This document shows, piece by piece, positions 1 through 12,738 of a stretch of 64,000 nucleotides of DNA (position 1 is its first letter; each line of letters starts with the position of its first letter). A model generated the notes under the pieces. That model was not told the origin of the DNA. It saw only the letters and a program-made list of their open reading frames with translations, and ran no database searches. The position numbers and the translations under genes were made by a program. Source of the DNA: Octopus sinensis (taxonomy: Eukaryota); contig NC_043005.1 of NCBI RefSeq assembly GCF_006345805.1, positions 8,990,001 to 9,054,000 on the forward strand. The letters run 5' to 3'.

Positions 1-928
1 CCGCCGCACGCTTCACTCACCTCTAAATGCCAGTGAATAAATGTTCTGTCTTCGTTTATATTTATCTGTCGTTAAGGAGGTATATTTTAATCCTCAATCA
101 AGTAATTCCCTGTTGTTTATGTTTTTTTTTCTTCCCTCTATGTTATTGTTTATATTGTTTGTTATATTATTATCTACTCATTTAAACGATTGATAAAACT
201 GAAATCAATAACTCTGCACCGAGTGAACCCCCCCCCACCCCTATCAACATCTTCAACCCCACCCCCACCCCCACCGACTCAGAAAGCAAACCATAACACT
301 ATCGATTGAGATCGACTTGTTTTCATAACGTATTTCTTTTCTCTCTCTACTCACAATGTATGCCATTAACTGAAGTGCAGCATGTAATCACACATGTTCA
401 CCATCATTGATATAATGAAAGGCTTTAACTGCTAACAAGCAGAACCGGTCTGTGGAGCGTGATGGATGAAGTGGGTGATCTGCTTGGCATGAAGAAATAT
501 ATGTATTTTTAAAATCAAACTGAAAAAAACCTTAGGTATACTCGGCCTAAGAAACTCCCTCGCGTTTCTGTAGCAGCGTTACCAATATCTTTGGTTTTGA
601 ATTAGTATTACTTCTGTTTCAAACACATCCCAGTGTTCTAATGATATCAAAATGTTGAAATATTCTTGAACCCTATTTTTGGTAGGGACCTGCCATCTGT
701 ATAGCTTTAAGTAATAAAGGAACGCAGGTTTAGCAATGTAAGTTGAGAAGTCATTTGTTAATTTTCATAGTCATTGAAACATACTGAATTGAGGGAACAA
801 TTTACCGATAAACTGGAATGAATATTATGATCAAATTGGTGTACCCACACTTATCACAAAGTATCTATAAAAAGAAAACAAAAACAACAACTATTAACCA
901 TTTAGATGGTAGTATGACAAATTCACGA

Positions 929-1140
929 GGCGGCGAGCTGGCAGAAACGTTAACACCCTGGGTGAAATGCTTTATGGTATTGCGTCTGTCTTTATGTTCT
1001 GAGTTCAACATTCACTGAGGTAGATTTTGCCTTTCATCCTTTCGGGGTCGATAAATTAAGTACCAGCGGCGTATTGGGGTCAATGTAATCGATTGGCCCC
1101 GCTTCTCAGAAATTTTGGGCGTTGTGTCTAGAGTAGGAAA
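929..1140 (+). mobile_element. SINE family B (older copy)
   Basis: GGCGGCGAGCTGGCAGAAACGTT head, B-box-like GTTCTGAGTTCAA, central GCCTTTCATCCTTTCGGGGTCGATAAATTAAGTACCAG shared with >10 copies in the window. Confidence 0.85.
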
Positions 1141-1195
1141 AAATAAGTATAACACTTTCACTCCTCTACATGTTACTTTTCAATTTATAACTATA

Positions 1196-1494
1196 CTAGC
1201 AGTATCGCCCGGCGTTGCTCGGGTTTGTAAAGGATATAACTAAATAAGCATTTTTAGAGAGTTATAGCCAAAAAATAGCAAAAACATGCATTAAAAATGG
1301 AAAAAAATGATGGTAATTTTTTTTTTAAATCGTTGACTCATCGTAGACGCGCGCTAATACCCAGAAGGGCACGATATGAATCACGACTATAAGATACCCG
1401 GTTTTGGTTAAACTGCACCGCAAAATGTGGGAGTAGTTAGGAATCTAAATCGTAGGAGACAGACAGCACACAACCTCACTTTTATATATAAAGA
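1196..1494 (-). mobile_element. Non-autonomous Helitron, family H1 (short variant)
   Basis: Minus strand starts A|TCTTTATATATAAAAG and ends CCCGAGCAACGCCGGG hairpin + CGATACTGCTAG|T; inserted at AT with no TSD. Confidence 0.85.
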
Positions 1495-1499
1495 TTATA

Positions 1500-1682
1500 T
1501 TGGTTCCAAATTTTGGCATAATACCAGCATTTTCAGGAGCAGGGCTAAGTCGATGACATTGACTCCAGTGTTCAACTGGTACTTATTTTACCAGTAGACA
1601 ATGTCGTCCTCAGTGGAATTTGAACACATAAATACAGCTAAGAATTTTGCCCTGCATATTAACGGTTCTGCCAGATCGCCTT
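1500..1682 (-). mobile_element. SINE family B, degenerate
   Basis: Reverse-complement match to family B (CTGGTACTTATTTT, GGAATTTGAAC, CTGCCAGATCGCC). Confidence 0.65.
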
Positions 1683-1690
1683 CTTATAAC

Positions 1691-1932
1691 TATTAGGTTG
1701 GGGCATAATTATTGCAGTTTTTTATTTTTAAACAAATTTCACTCAACAAAACAATAACAATATTTAACATAAACATCTTGAAATGACAGTCTGACCGTCT
1801 GCCAAACAAATGGGAAGCGGTAATTAATGTAGATGGCGGATATGCTCCAGATGTTTTTGTTACATGTTGTTATAGTTATTGTTGAATATAATCTGTAAAA
1901 AAGCCGCAATAATTATGCACCAACACACTATA
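1691..1932 (+). mobile_element. Mariner-derived MITE with transposase C-terminal remnant
   Basis: Imperfect TIRs TA|TTAGGTTGGGGCATAATTATTGCAG and CCGCAATAATTATGCACCAACAC..TA; interior translates DRLPNKWEAVINVDGGYAP, like the mariner C-terminus LPERWEKVV..DGQY. Confidence 0.7.
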
Positions 1933-2047
1933 TTGTATTGGATGCATTTTACAAGTAATGAGGCATTTTTCGTATGGAAAGAGTACATTTTATTATTTTT
2001 GTAAATGATTAATACAACTTTTATTAAAGATATATATATATATATAC

Positions 2048-2433
2048 GCGCAGGAGTAGATTGCTTACCAACCACATGGTTCCGGGTTCGGTCCCACCGC
2101 GTGGCACCTTAGGCAAGTGTCTTCTACTATAGACTTGGGCCGACCAAAGCATTGTGAGTGGATTTGGTAGGCGGAAACTGAAAGAAGCTCGTCGTATATA
2201 TGTATAAGTATATATATATATGTGTGTGTGTGTGTTTCTTAGTCTGTGTTTGTCCCCACCAGCATCGCTTGACAACATATGTTGGTGTGTTTAGGTCACC
2301 GTAACTTCGCGGTTCGGCAAAAGGTACCGATAGAATAAGTACTAGGTTTACAAAGTCCTGGGGTAGATTTCCTCGACTAAAGGCGATGCTCCAGCATGGC
2401 CGCAGTCAAATGACTGAAGCAAGTAAAAGAGTA
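2048..2433 (+). mobile_element. SINE family A (tRNA head, CORE-like segment, internal microsatellite)
   Basis: GGTTCCGGGTTCGGTCCCAC B-box region, GCACCTTAGGCAAGTGTCTT CORE-like motif, 3' CCAGCATGGCCGCAGTCAAATGACTGAA..GTAAAAGAG tail. Confidence 0.9.
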
Positions 2434-2584
2434 TTTATTGACTTCTATCATGTGTATCTCATCCCACTGAAAACTAACATGTTTACAGTTCCTCGGAGAA
2501 CCTATTTTCAGAGACCCTGACCTACAGCATGTGTTGATATCACTGTGAGGTGTTGTTTTTTCACTAATATTTAGTGTCTTTTAA

Positions 2585-3017
2585 GGCAGCGAGCTGACAG
2601 AATCGAAAACATCTCGGGGGAAATGTTTAGAGACATTTCGTCCGTTTTTACTTTCTGAGTTCAAATGTCGACGAGGTCAACTTTGCCTTTCATCATTTCA
2701 AAGTAGATAAAATAAGTACCAGTTGAGTACTGTGATCGATTAATCGAATTACCCGCGCACCCGGAATTGCTGGCCTTGTGTCAAAACTTGAAATCAATAT
2801 TTAGTACCTTTAAAGCGGCGAGCTGGCTAAATTACTAGCACTCCAGGTGAAATGCTGAAAAATTTCGCCCATCCTTGCCGAGATGATCAGCTTTGCTTTT
2901 CATCGCTCGGGGTCGATAAAAAAAGTACTAGTCGGGCAATAATCGAAAACACCCCCACCACCACCAAAGACCACCAAAAAACTGCTGGCCTTGTGCTAAA
3001 ATTTGAAACCAATATTT
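2585..3017 (+). mobile_element. Two adjacent degenerate family B SINEs
   Basis: Heads GGCAGCGAGCTGAC (2585) and GCGGCGAGCTGGC (~2815), each followed by the central domain and a GCTGGCCTTGTG..AAA.TTGAAA end. Confidence 0.7.
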
Positions 3018-3028
3018 TGGGTCTTTAA

Positions 3029-3406
3029 TCTATATATATTAAGCTGAAGTTGTCTTTGTATGGCAGGTTTGATAGCCTTCAACTAACACTATCTCCTCCG
3101 AGACCCTGAGGCACAAGTTGGCCAAAATTGAAAGTATGATAGAAGAAGGCTTGCTCTTCATTCCGTAGAAGATCAAATTCAAATCGGACCAAAAATTATT
3201 TACATCAAAAAGGTGCCTTCTTTGTATGAAAATCCCTATTTTTTACGATTTTTTGACTGCCGTGTCGCCATTTTTCGGTGTATTTCAACTAGAAAAATGT
3301 TCACTTAAAGAGAATAACAAGCTACATAATGCAAAATTTTTCTTTTCAAAAATTCCAATTCTAAAGGGTCGAAACAAACCTGAGCAACGCCGGGCGATAC
3401 TGCTAG
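3029..3406 (+). mobile_element. Non-autonomous Helitron, family H2
   Basis: A|TCTATATATATT start; CCTGAGCAACGCCGGGCGATACTGCTAG|T end; homologous to 47598-47984. Confidence 0.85.
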
Positions 3407-4053
3407 TAGAATTGTAAGGCGAATAGAGACACGGAATACTGTATTTCGTAAATTGTCGCGATCTGTTGTTTATATCTTCAGTGCTTCTTATTTTGATGCG
3501 AGGTGTGCTACTGCTAATGCAATTGCCATTGTATATTGAAAAGTTATGCATAGGAAATACAATATTTTTATTCATTACTCTATTTTATCATGTAGATTAG
3601 ACTATGGGTATGTGCGTTCGTATATGATTGTGTATTATTTGCTCGTAAATCTTCGAGAAGTGTCAAGTCAGTACTATGCTGATATTTACAAATTTTATAT
3701 CAATATCTTTGTTTACACTGTTTTAGTTCAACTGGTATTTCATTTGCATTCTTCTCTATTGATTTTATTAAATATTCACAATTCATATCTTCAGCATCTT
3801 TTCCTTTCTCAACTGAATTGCACATTTATATGCAGAGACGGACTGAGCAGATAAGAATGAAGAAAGAATAGCACTATTCTTCATAAATATATAATAATTT
3901 GTTACCATATTTTGAGGAGATTCGATTCAATTCACCCCTGAATATATTACTGGGAACTTTATCAGCTCCAGAAAGAATAAAGAATCATCTTTATAAGTTT
4001 GCAAATGTCAGAGCTGTTTTATAGAATTTAAAAATATTACCTGTTATATTACA

Positions 4054-4066
4054 ATTGTTGTTGTTG

Positions 4067-4129
<63 letters not shown>

Positions 4130-4255
4130 TATGTTTGACTTTTGCTTTGCATTTGTACAAGTTGGCTCCAAGTCTCACCCAGAGACCTCAAGAGACAGCA
4201 AGTTGGAAGTTCATGTTGGTGTTATGCCTAGGGTGCCATATATTTGGTTTTGTAC

Positions 4256-4316
<61 letters not shown>

Positions 4317-4341
4317 CATTATTATTATCATTATTATTATT
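4054..4341. repeat. (TTG)/(TTA)n microsatellite split by a 127-bp insert
   Basis: Direct reading; source of the spurious poly-Y and poly-I ORFs. Confidence 0.95.
4129..4255 (-). mobile_element. Probable 3' end of a Dong/R4-like LINE inserted in (TAA)n
   Basis: Unique 127 bp flanked on both sides by TAA repeats; minus strand ends ..GTCAAACATAG-AATAATAAT; Dong elements are known to target TAA repeats; family call is inference. Confidence 0.45.
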
Positions 4342-5009
4342 TTGACAGTTCATATTTACTAACTTGTTCAGTGTTTTATTGAAAAGAAACATTTCAAAAC
4401 TGGATTGGATAAGATCTACATTTCAGACAAAGAATATTACATTCAGAAGAGACTGTTTATATCTTCACCTTATCCTTAGCGAGAATTAAGTTCACGAAAT
4501 TCTTATCAGTGCATATACATATACATGTACATATACCCAGGCGTAAGCACACATTCATTCATTCATACACACGCTCACGCACTTACGCACACGCATGCAG
4601 GCACATACATATTTATTTACGTACAAGCACACATCTATGCATATTTACATAAAAATAGGATTTATTTCACTACGGATCTCAAAGGTTTATGAATGCAAAT
4701 TTTATTAATAAGTAAACTACAAGCCAGAAACTAACACACAGTACTTTTAATAAAACCTAGTCGTGGTAGAACAAAGCAATAATTTAAATCTGTGACAGAT
4801 GATATTACCACCTACAACATCATTCTTATTGCTCACCTTTCGACAAAGAAAGAAAAAAATTATTATAATAGCATCTCTGTCGATACTTCATTCTGAAAAT
4901 GTCTACAAGAAATTATCTAAGCGTGTTAATAGATTTAGTAACGTTATTGCGACAATCTATGCCTAAAGAAATTATTTGAAACTAAATTTGTGATCTGAAG
5001 TTATTGAGT

Positions 5010-7125
5010 AGGCCACCTTGCATCCAGGGCTCCCCCAGGCCAAGTACATCTCATACAACCCATTCTTAAACCCACCATGCTGTCCAGAAAGAGTTTAGAG
5101 AAGAACGAAAGGGAGTCTACTTACCCACCGGCTGCCACTAGAGGTCAAGTAGTTCAACCTCCATAACCTACTGGTGTTCCTTTAAAAGTCTACTCGTGGC
5201 TTTACATTAGCGGTTCCCACGTTGTTAAGGTAGCTCTCCCAAATCTTTCTTGTATGTTTCCATAGGCGTTCGCACCATTACCAGTAATTATGGCACTTGA
5301 TCGGTCTGGCGCCGAAGATCTCACCCTTTCTCTCGATGTCTTTCCTTCGTGGTACGGGGGCCAACAATTCTTTAATAGTACTCCTCACTAGCTCGAGGTT
5401 TTGGGTTGTGTCATGGGCTATTGCTTTTGGGTATGGGTATTTTTCGTGGTTTGTTACAGTTGTTGTAGTGTTGGCGGAACTATTTGTGGTAGCAGTGAAC
5501 GTGTTGATTGTCGTGCTGGAGGGGTTGTTGTTGCTTTTAGTGTGTCTGTGGCTGTTGTATGTGCATTTTCTATGATTTTTAGTGTATGTTGGTATGGGGC
5601 ATGCTGTTAGATTCTACTTTAGTTTCAGTTCCTTTGGTTATTTGGGAGTGCCTCCTCATTTTCACTGCATTATACGGAGGTATCCGTATCTCTTGAATCA
5701 GGGTGTGAGTGTAAGTATTCGCATTTCAAGGAGGTAGAGAGTGGGAAGTAGAGGGAGAAAGCTTCGTTGGGAGAACCCCTGCGTTTTGTGTATGTCCGTT
5801 ATTATTGTTCTTTCTGCTGTTGAAGTTGGCGGTGTTACATCCGCTGCTGGTGCCGTTCGTGTTTTCGGTACTGCTGTTGCTGTTGTTGTTGCTGGTATTA
5901 ATGTTGCTCCTGTTGCTGACGTTGCTGTCCTTAAAAGCTTTTGCTGATTTTTCTATTCCTGTTGATGATGCTCGCGTTGCTGGGGTTGGTGCCACTTATT
6001 TTTTGATAGTTTCTGGTTTAGTTGTTCAAGCTTCCTATGGTTCCCTGCCTTCTTTTGGAGATAGAGAGCTCTGAAGTGTTCTTTTTCCCCACACTTGTCT
6101 ACCCTCAAGTGCAACATACAGCTCTTCCCCTCCTGGAAGGCGACTGAGGTCTACGATTGTATCTATTTAATGTAGAGTAGTACCTCCACACTGATCCCAG
6201 ACCAGTTTTCACCACGGGTCCGCTTATGTTCCTGGAGGTTATTACAATCTTCCAAAACAATACATGCTAAAATCCACCATAAATTTACTTCAGGTGGAAT
6301 TCTCATCAACCTACTTCCTAAATATGATGGGTGGAGCATATATCTTTCGCTCCGACATGGAACCACGGATTGTTTGGCGGCCAGAGCTTCAGTCTGAAAA
6401 ACACTGAAACGCCCACAAATAAGCTGATTTTTCAGGAATTATCTCTTTCAGCACACCTTCCACATCTGCCTGACAAGCCGTTTCCGGCTACTTTGTGTTT
6501 ATAAAACACATTTATAAATCACGTTTTTTTATATGTTTCTGCCAAAATCGGAGGTGATGGCAATGTCCACCCGCGCTTTTTCCAGGCTTATTAGTTTGAC
6601 TGCTTTTGCCAGACTTATCCTTCTGTAGGATATCCACCCTATATCGCTCTGCACCTTCCGTAGCCTTTTCATTCTATATTTTAGATAGTTTAGTTTGTTA
6701 TTTGTATTTACGGATTTATATATTTCTATTTAATTCTGTTTATTTATATGTATTCACAATCATTAAGACAGTGATTTTTGTGACCCCCATTAATTTTGTG
6801 TTTAGGTTCTAATTGCTAATAAGTCACCCTTTTTAATTTGTTGTTTACACTTTTATTGTTTTGGAAATCAGCACCCGTTTTCAACGGTTTTTCTTATGAG
6901 ACTGGCAGAAGTAGGTGAGCTTAATCCTAGGCGTTAAGAGTAAGTGATGAGGATTAAGATGGTCAACATCAAAATTCGAAATCACGATCGGACTATGTAA
7001 ACTGGGGACTTATCTCTCTTTGTCAGTCATTAAAACAGTACTTTTGTGGCTTTTAGCTATTTTAACTCTTATTTTTAGCAAATGCGATGCTACTCAGTAT
7101 TTTCTGTCACTTTTGTGACCTCTAT
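5010..7125 (-). mobile_element. Decayed L1/Tx1-type ORF1 element, no ORF2 visible; boundaries approximate
   Basis: Minus-strand ATG at 6672; fragments YMLHPSYLGSRLMRIPPEVNLWWILACI and LPGGEELYVALEGR / KCGEKEHFRAL align with the ORF1 at 22147-23415; Asn/Ser/Thr-rich linker; many stops and frameshifts. Confidence 0.6.
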
Positions 7126-7235
7126 TAATACGTATGTATGTATGTATGTATGTATGTATGTATGTATGTATGTATGTACGTACGTATGTATATATATATA
7201 TATAATATATATATATATATTATATATATATATAT

Positions 7236-7621
7236 AGTAACATCATCCTTACAGGACAGCCACATTATGTTGGCAAATAACTTTTACTTTAAAGAACTGT
7301 TACTGAATACCTCTCTGTAATATCTCTAGTTTTAGATCAGTGACTGTGCGTTACTTTGAAAACTATATATTCGAACGGTGAGTTCTGCAATGCCATCTGG
7401 CCCAGTAACTACTCTGTGTTGATAGAAGGCAATAACCCATAAACTAGTCCAGAGATGTCATTTTGCGCTAGTTGTGGGTGCTGAAATCCCTGTTCGATAA
7501 TATAAGGACACAGGTATTGTATCGTATAATCACCTAGAAATAATGTTTCTTGGAACTAAAACAACAGTAACATCGTCCCTTACAGGACAGCCACATTATG
7601 TTGGCAAATAGCCTTTACTTT
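7236..7621 (+). repeat. ~55-bp direct repeat pair (7236-7290, 7566-7621)
   Basis: AGTAACATC.TCC(C)TTACAGGACAGCCACATTATGTTGGCAAATA.C.TTTACTT occurs twice, 330 bp apart. Confidence 0.9.
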
Positions 7622-7636
7622 ATATATATAAGTATA

Positions 7637-8031
7637 CTAGCAGTATCGCCCGGCGTTGCTCGGGTTTGTAAGAGAAATAACTATATAAGCATTTTTAGAG
7701 ATGCAAAGTATAATAGCCATCTCAATATGGCTAACCACAAAGGGGGGGGTGTTACTGTAGCTTTTTACGTTCTGAGATTTAATAATAAACTTTTAGAGAG
7801 TTACTTCCCTTATATATGCCAAAAATGCATTAAAATGGGAAAAATTGATGGTAATTTTTTTTTAAAATCGTAGACTCATCGTAGATGCGCGCTAATACCC
7901 AGAAGGGCTCGATATGAATCACGACTATAAGATACCCGGTTTGGTTAAGCTGCACCACAAAATGTGGGAGTAGTTAGGAATCTAAATCATAGCAGACAGA
8001 CAGCACACAACCTTACTTTTATATATAAAGA
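7637..8031 (-). mobile_element. Non-autonomous Helitron H1 (long variant)
   Basis: TC start, hairpin + CTAG end; near-identical to 39785-40177 and 41825-42223. Confidence 0.9.
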
Positions 8032-8838
8032 TATATATATGAGTGTGTGTGTATGGGTATGTGTGTGTGCGTACGTGTGTGTGTGTGTGTGTGTGTTTGT
8101 GTTTGTATGTGTGTTTGTGTCCGTCAGTGTGTGTAAAGTGTACAAGCACGTGTTTTGGTTAATATCTACCCAATCATACATCAACAACTAATTTCAAATG
8201 ATATACCACCTTAATTCTCATCACCGATCCGTCCTAACCAACCACGTGCCTTGCACGAACATGCATGTAGGCTAATCATTCTCGTAGCTCCATCTATCGC
8301 TCTCTCTCTACGTTATTTAAACCAAGAAACATAAATAAGCACACATCTATACTTTCGTTCTTACCAGTCCTGCTAAATTATTCCTGGTGCTGTATCAACA
8401 TGTATGTGCCTATGAACATATGCAAGCATATATGAATTAATTCACCTAACTCCCCAATCAACAAAGCAATTCTAGAGCTCCATACATAATATATGTTCGG
8501 TAGTACACGATCACGAACGTATACGCATTAACAGGGGAGAATTCCCAAATACCCCCTATCCACATACGAATTCACACATTAACAACTATAAGTCATATAA
8601 TCGCACACAGACACATACTCACTAACACACATATATACTCGTTATGTATATTTCTGGTACCAAAATTATCCAGCTACAGGTGGAAGCTTATCAGGTACTC
8701 ATGCACACGCACTCAGCCTCCATATTAACTAGCCCAGCTTATGTGGGTTTAGCTATTCTCGCTAAAACCCAATGAAGGATTTGTTAATATATAACTATAC
8801 TTAACTAAGCACGTACTTATCGTGTGCGGTATAAACAT

Positions 8839-9073
8839 CCAAGGCGACGAGCTGGCAGAAACGTTAGCACGCCGAGTGAAATGCGTAGCCGTATTTCGTC
8901 TGCCGTTACGTTCTGAGTTCAAATTCCGCCGAGGTCCACTTTGCCTTTCATCCTTTCGGGGTCGATTAAATAATTACCAGTTGCGCACTGGAGTCGATAT
9001 AATCGACTTAATCCGTTTGTCTGTCCTTGTTTGTCCCCTCTGTGTTTAGCCCCTTGTGGGTAGTAAAGAAATA
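8839..9073 (+). mobile_element. SINE family B, young full-length copy with 11-bp TSD
   Basis: TSD GGTATAAACAT at 8828-8838 and 9074-9084. Confidence 0.92.
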
Positions 9074-9764
9074 GGTATAAACATTTACCTTTATTAAAGA
9101 AAAGATTTAAGGGCTATGGTGAAAGCAACGGACGGCCATCAAGACTTTCATTAACCAAAACCAAAATTTTATTTATTTTATGGTAGAACGGATAATAGAA
9201 AATATAAAAGGTGCACCTATTTCATCTCAATTATGATCTTTCCGGTCCCATAATAACATGCTTAAGCGCATACATAGACGCACACACACTCTCACACACT
9301 CTCACACACTCATCCCGCTCTCCCCTACACATGCTCATATACATGTATATACAGAGCAGAGATCATTTCTGTCGTATCGGTGTTGGCAGCTTCTGTATTA
9401 AAGACTAAGTGCCCGGAGTTTAGTGTTGGAAAGTGTCAACGCGTGTCTTAACATAATTGGAATTGACTGTTATTCTAACGCTCCAGCTAGTCCGTAGTTC
9501 ACGCAACACTTTCGGCACGTGGCGCGACATATATTTATCTTTGCAATGATATGATGAGGACAAGACTGTATGTATGGGAGTATGTGTGTGTTTGTGTATG
9601 AATTTATGTAGGTGTTTATATATACATATATAGATGTATAAAGATATTCGCTTATGTACACGTACAGTCCTTGATAGATAGAGCTGGGTGTAAATCAAAA
9701 TAGAAGCGGGGTTAAGCGTGATACTAATTGCTTAGCGATATTCTAGCCATATTTATGTTGTTAC

Positions 9765-10722
9765 AAGATTCAATAATAGTCTATGACGACTGTGAAGCGG
9801 AAGATGTTTATATTTTGATACGACTTTGTTTGTTATAGATTCACCATACTCAACACTAATACAGAGTCATATCTGTCAATATCATCTCTCATATTACTTT
9901 CTTCAACAACTTTTTCACATTTTCTCTAACGCTTTCACTCTTATCTACTTTTCCCCCTATCATTGTATATATTTTCACGAAAAACAGAGAAAAAATCAGG
10001 AGCGATAGACGGATAAACAATGACAGCAAGGTAAATTTAGTTTCACACGAAAAAATTCAGGAGTATTTTCCAGTGACTCTGTCTACTCGCCCATTTATCC
10101 CTTATCTTTGTATAGTTTGTTTCGTACCCTAACATGGTTTATTCATGTTTGTATATATTACTGTTCCTTTTCACTTCTCACTCTCTCTCACCCTCTATCT
10201 CTCTCTCTCTCTCTCATGGAAAAAAAGGTTCTTCTCTCTAGCTCGTGGGATTGGAAAAGAGCAATTCACTTTGAATTGTTACCACCTAATGCAACAATCA
10301 ACGCTAAAGTCTATTATCAGCAATTAGAGCACTTGAACCAAGCTTTGAAGAATTAATAGACGCTTTAGTGAATAGAAAAGGAGTGATGTTTCATCAGGAC
10401 AATACGCGACCCCACACTGCAACGATTACATCACAGAAGATCGAAGAGCTTGATTGGGAAAATTTTCCTCATCCACCTTATTCCCCTCACCATGCTCCTT
10501 CAGACTACCATTTGTTTCGTAGATTACAGAATCATTTGGGGGACAACTTTTGCAAGCCAGGAGGAGTTTTACATTGATGGGATTTAAAAGCTTGTAAATA
10601 GATGGAAGGAAGTCATAGATAATAAAGGAAAGTACATTGAGGATTAAATTTCAATTAAATATAATATTTGATCACTAATTTTGTTTATTCAAAACTCGGA
10701 CAGAATTTATGGGATGACATGA
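9765..10722 (+). mobile_element. Decayed mariner (D,D34D) transposon, internally deleted
   Basis: Transposase remnant plus 3' TIR-like AAAACTCGGACAGAATTTATGGGATGAC at ~10691-10722; 5' limit uncertain. Confidence 0.7.
10216..10647 (+). pseudogene. Mariner transposase pseudogene, C-terminal catalytic half
   Basis: KKVLLSSSWDWK..IHFELLPPNATIN; FHQDNTRPH; HPPYSPHHAPSDYHLF; KLVNRWKEVIDNKGKYIED*. Confidence 0.92.
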
Positions 10723-10747
10723 TGTATATATATATATATATATATAT

Positions 10748-10925
10748 GTCCCAGATGAGCCAACTTCACGGAAGGAGGTGCAGATGAGGGCAGCTGCATC
10801 GAATTCTCTCATGCGCCAAATGGCAATTGCTAAAAAGCATTCGTTAAGTAAAATCATGTAGCAACACCAAATGGCGGCGCCCCAGCATGGCCACAGCTTG
10901 TGAGCTGAAACTAGATAAAATAAAA
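10748..10925 (+). mobile_element. 5'-truncated SINE 3' portion between (TA)n tracts
   Basis: GGCGGCGCCCCAGCATGGCCACAGC..GAGCTGAAACTAGATAAAATAAAA resembles the family A tail. Confidence 0.5.
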
Positions 10926-10970
10926 AATAATATATATATATATATATGTATATGTATGTGTATGTGTGTA

Positions 10971-11055
<85 letters not shown>

Positions 11056-11256
11056 ATATTTACATAATATCGAGGTCTCTTTCATTGTTTGTTGTCTTAT
11101 CATTTATATCAATAAGTTACCTCCCGTACACCGCTATTTTTGCCCTAAGGGCGAATACAGCTTATTTTGGAAAAGCGATATATATATATATATATCAGCA
11201 CGCTCACACATGTTATGCATACACACACACATTTACGTGTGTATAATGAATGACTG

Positions 11257-11321
<65 letters not shown>

Positions 11322-11331
11322 CATAAACGCG

Positions 11332-11370
<39 letters not shown>

Positions 11371-12488
11371 TAGATTCTCTAGGTTCCTGTGAAAATATTC
11401 AGGCTACAATATACGCAAAAACAGTTGACCCGACAAACAGGCGACATCACCTTGATCTGTGACTGTTTGGAATATGATAGACAGTTGGCAAGATAGCTAA
11501 CTAGTTGCTAGCTAACTAGATTGACACAAGCACACACATTCAACCCCTCACTCCGCAAATGTATAAGCGTGTATGTGTGTGATAGTGTAAATATGAATAG
11601 ATATCTGTGTAAGTACATGCTTCGCTATATGTGTGCATGCATGTGTAAGTACATACATATATCTGTGTGCTTATGTGCGCACGCACACATATATACATAC
11701 ATACACATACTTATTAGATTGACAAATAGTAAGCGGATAACAAGAAGTAAGTTACAAAAGAAAAGACAAAAAATCTATCTAATAAAATAGTCGACAGGCT
11801 TATCTCCGTCTGGTATCTTTGTTGTGTTTGTTAATATACTTTTACATATCTCTATGTTGTCTCAGTACACCAGCCTACCAGTTTTTATACGCCTCTTTAA
11901 GAATAAATATGTATTCAGGGCTTCTTTGTATAGGAATTTGTACTGTGAGATGAAGAAACTCCTTTCGTTATTACTTAGATTCAAGATCGATTCCATCTGG
12001 CTCCACCTAAGGTAATATCCTTCAAGAATAGCCTAGGGAAAATCTAACAAATATTTATGCAGTTTCGTGTACAGAAACTTTGTATAAGCCTGTTGGAGAA
12101 ATCATTTCTACGAGTGGGTGTTAGAATTCTGTTATTGAGTCACCCAGTTGAACACCAACAGCAGAGTTAATTTTATTACAAACAGTCGATTCACGTCTGT
12201 TCCTCTTTGTGCTTCACGGAGACTTCATATGGGACATGGGTTCTGCAGCGGAATATAGACACTATGCGCTTTACTTTGACTAAGATATAAGAAATAACAT
12301 TTTCAAAACACCCACATGTACATATTATCTAAAAAGAAACATTTATTCAAAAGTAAATTTCACCAAAATTTCGTGCGAAAGGCAGATCTTTTCAATTATA
12401 ACTGAAGACAGTCTAAAGCCCGGAGAAGAAAATGGCTGATATTTGTCTTTCAACATTGACAGCTGTTGTTGGTATCATTGTTGGTATC

Positions 12489-12546
<58 letters not shown>

Positions 12547-12548
<2 letters not shown>

Positions 12549-12738
12549 GTCCCGGGTTGATCCGGGGTTAACCACAGTAAGTAAGGTACTCAATACATAG
12601 CAGAGTAAAATTAATTTATTATATAGAAGGAGCTTCTACAGGACTAGTACTGTTTCATTCAAGAGAAATCTTCAGGAGCTTCCTGAAGATTTCTCTTGAA
12701 TGAAACAGTACTAGTCCTGTAGAAGCTCCTTCTATATA

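Noticed and set aside
355-479. AG..GTGAGT-bounded segment on the minus strand as a coding exon
   Set aside because: Stop codons in all three frames
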